The notes beneath the pieces are model-generated. The model was not told the DNA's origin and made no database searches. It worked only from the letters and a program-made list of their open reading frames with translations. A DNA stretch of 63,665 bases, the filler included, from Octopus bimaculoides (Eukaryota), in assembly GCF_001194135.2 (NCBI RefSeq). It is 4 parts of 3 records of this genome, joined end to end, with 100 filler letters (N's around TTAATTAATTAA, not from the genome) between each part and the next. Parts side by side here need not be neighbours in the genome. Positions count along the whole stretch, not along the records: positions 62,283 to 63,665 come from NC_069003.1; 3 more parts are not named here. One strand, written 5' to 3'. This document shows positions 63,116-63,665 of the stretch, piece by piece; within the stretch, counting starts at the first letter, position 1; each line of letters begins with the position of its first letter. A program made the position numbers and the translations under genes.

Positions 63116-63665
63116 ATGAGTTATAAATTGCAGCATGACCGGGTATTATAGTATATTATAGTATAATATTAGGCCTTAAGGCAGGCCATATCAATGAATA
63201 ATTTACCAATAGCAGTTGTGATTATTTGCTAAAGTTTCTAGAGATAATATAATATAGATTTCCATTGTAATATGTGATTGTTTATAATTAATTAATAATA
63301 TTATGAGGAGTTTTCTCCCTTTGACGGACCTTAGAGACGATGTTTTTGGTGCTTACTTTTTGTTCGTTACCTTTTACCCTAACCCTAACCCTGAAGATGT
63401 GTAAGGTAAATTATATATTTGACTTGAATTTGACAGTTAAATATAGCCTTATACAGAAATGTTGACATAGGAATAAATTTCAATAATAATGGATATCAGC
63501 GTCAAAACTCTCTTTTAAATTTTAAATTTGATATATAACCAAGGAGATCGATCCTTAAGGAGTCTACTTTAGACCTTTGGGGAGAAATCTCTTGCTATAT
63601 TGGTAGCGATTACATGCTTTTCTCATCAACACATTGTGGAGATATCATCATATGAACAAATATAT

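Noticed and set aside
63375-63392. (TAACCC)n telomere-like repeat
   Set aside because: Only about three units, internal; no evidence of a chromosome end or fusion.

Overview
AT-rich, microsatellite-dense animal genomic DNA. The SINE and LINE families look like those of coleoid cephalopods (Octopus-like); this is an inference from recognition, not a database search. The window is not one locus. Three artificial 100-bp spacers (44 N + TTAATTAATTAA + 44 N at 24445-24544, 34341-34440 and 62183-62282) join four independent scaffolds. No host protein-coding gene, rRNA, true tRNA or CRISPR array could be supported; nearly all recognisable content is transposon-derived. Scaffold 1 holds a nested retroelement cluster: (A) a compact, decayed but end-complete Ty3/gypsy element (11596-15281, TG..CA LTRs, 5-bp TSD ATTGG, gag, -1 frameshift signal, PR-RT-RH-IN) inside an RTE LINE; (B) a second member of the same lineage (LTR plus open gag, truncated); (C) three long solo-LTR-like elements, two with 4-bp TSDs; and R4/Dong-like LINE pieces in (TAA)n tracts. 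The other scaffolds carry tRNA-derived SINEs, a mariner relic, a hAT MITE, a HINE/DINE-1-like element, foldback hairpins and Penelope-like relics. Most interesting: both Gypsy elements lack a canonical TGG primer-binding site and instead share a 12-nt site complementary to the 5' end of tRNA-Phe; three Penelope-like repeats carry a variant minimal hammerhead ribozyme motif; and the divergence between the two LTRs of element A is dominated by CpG decay.
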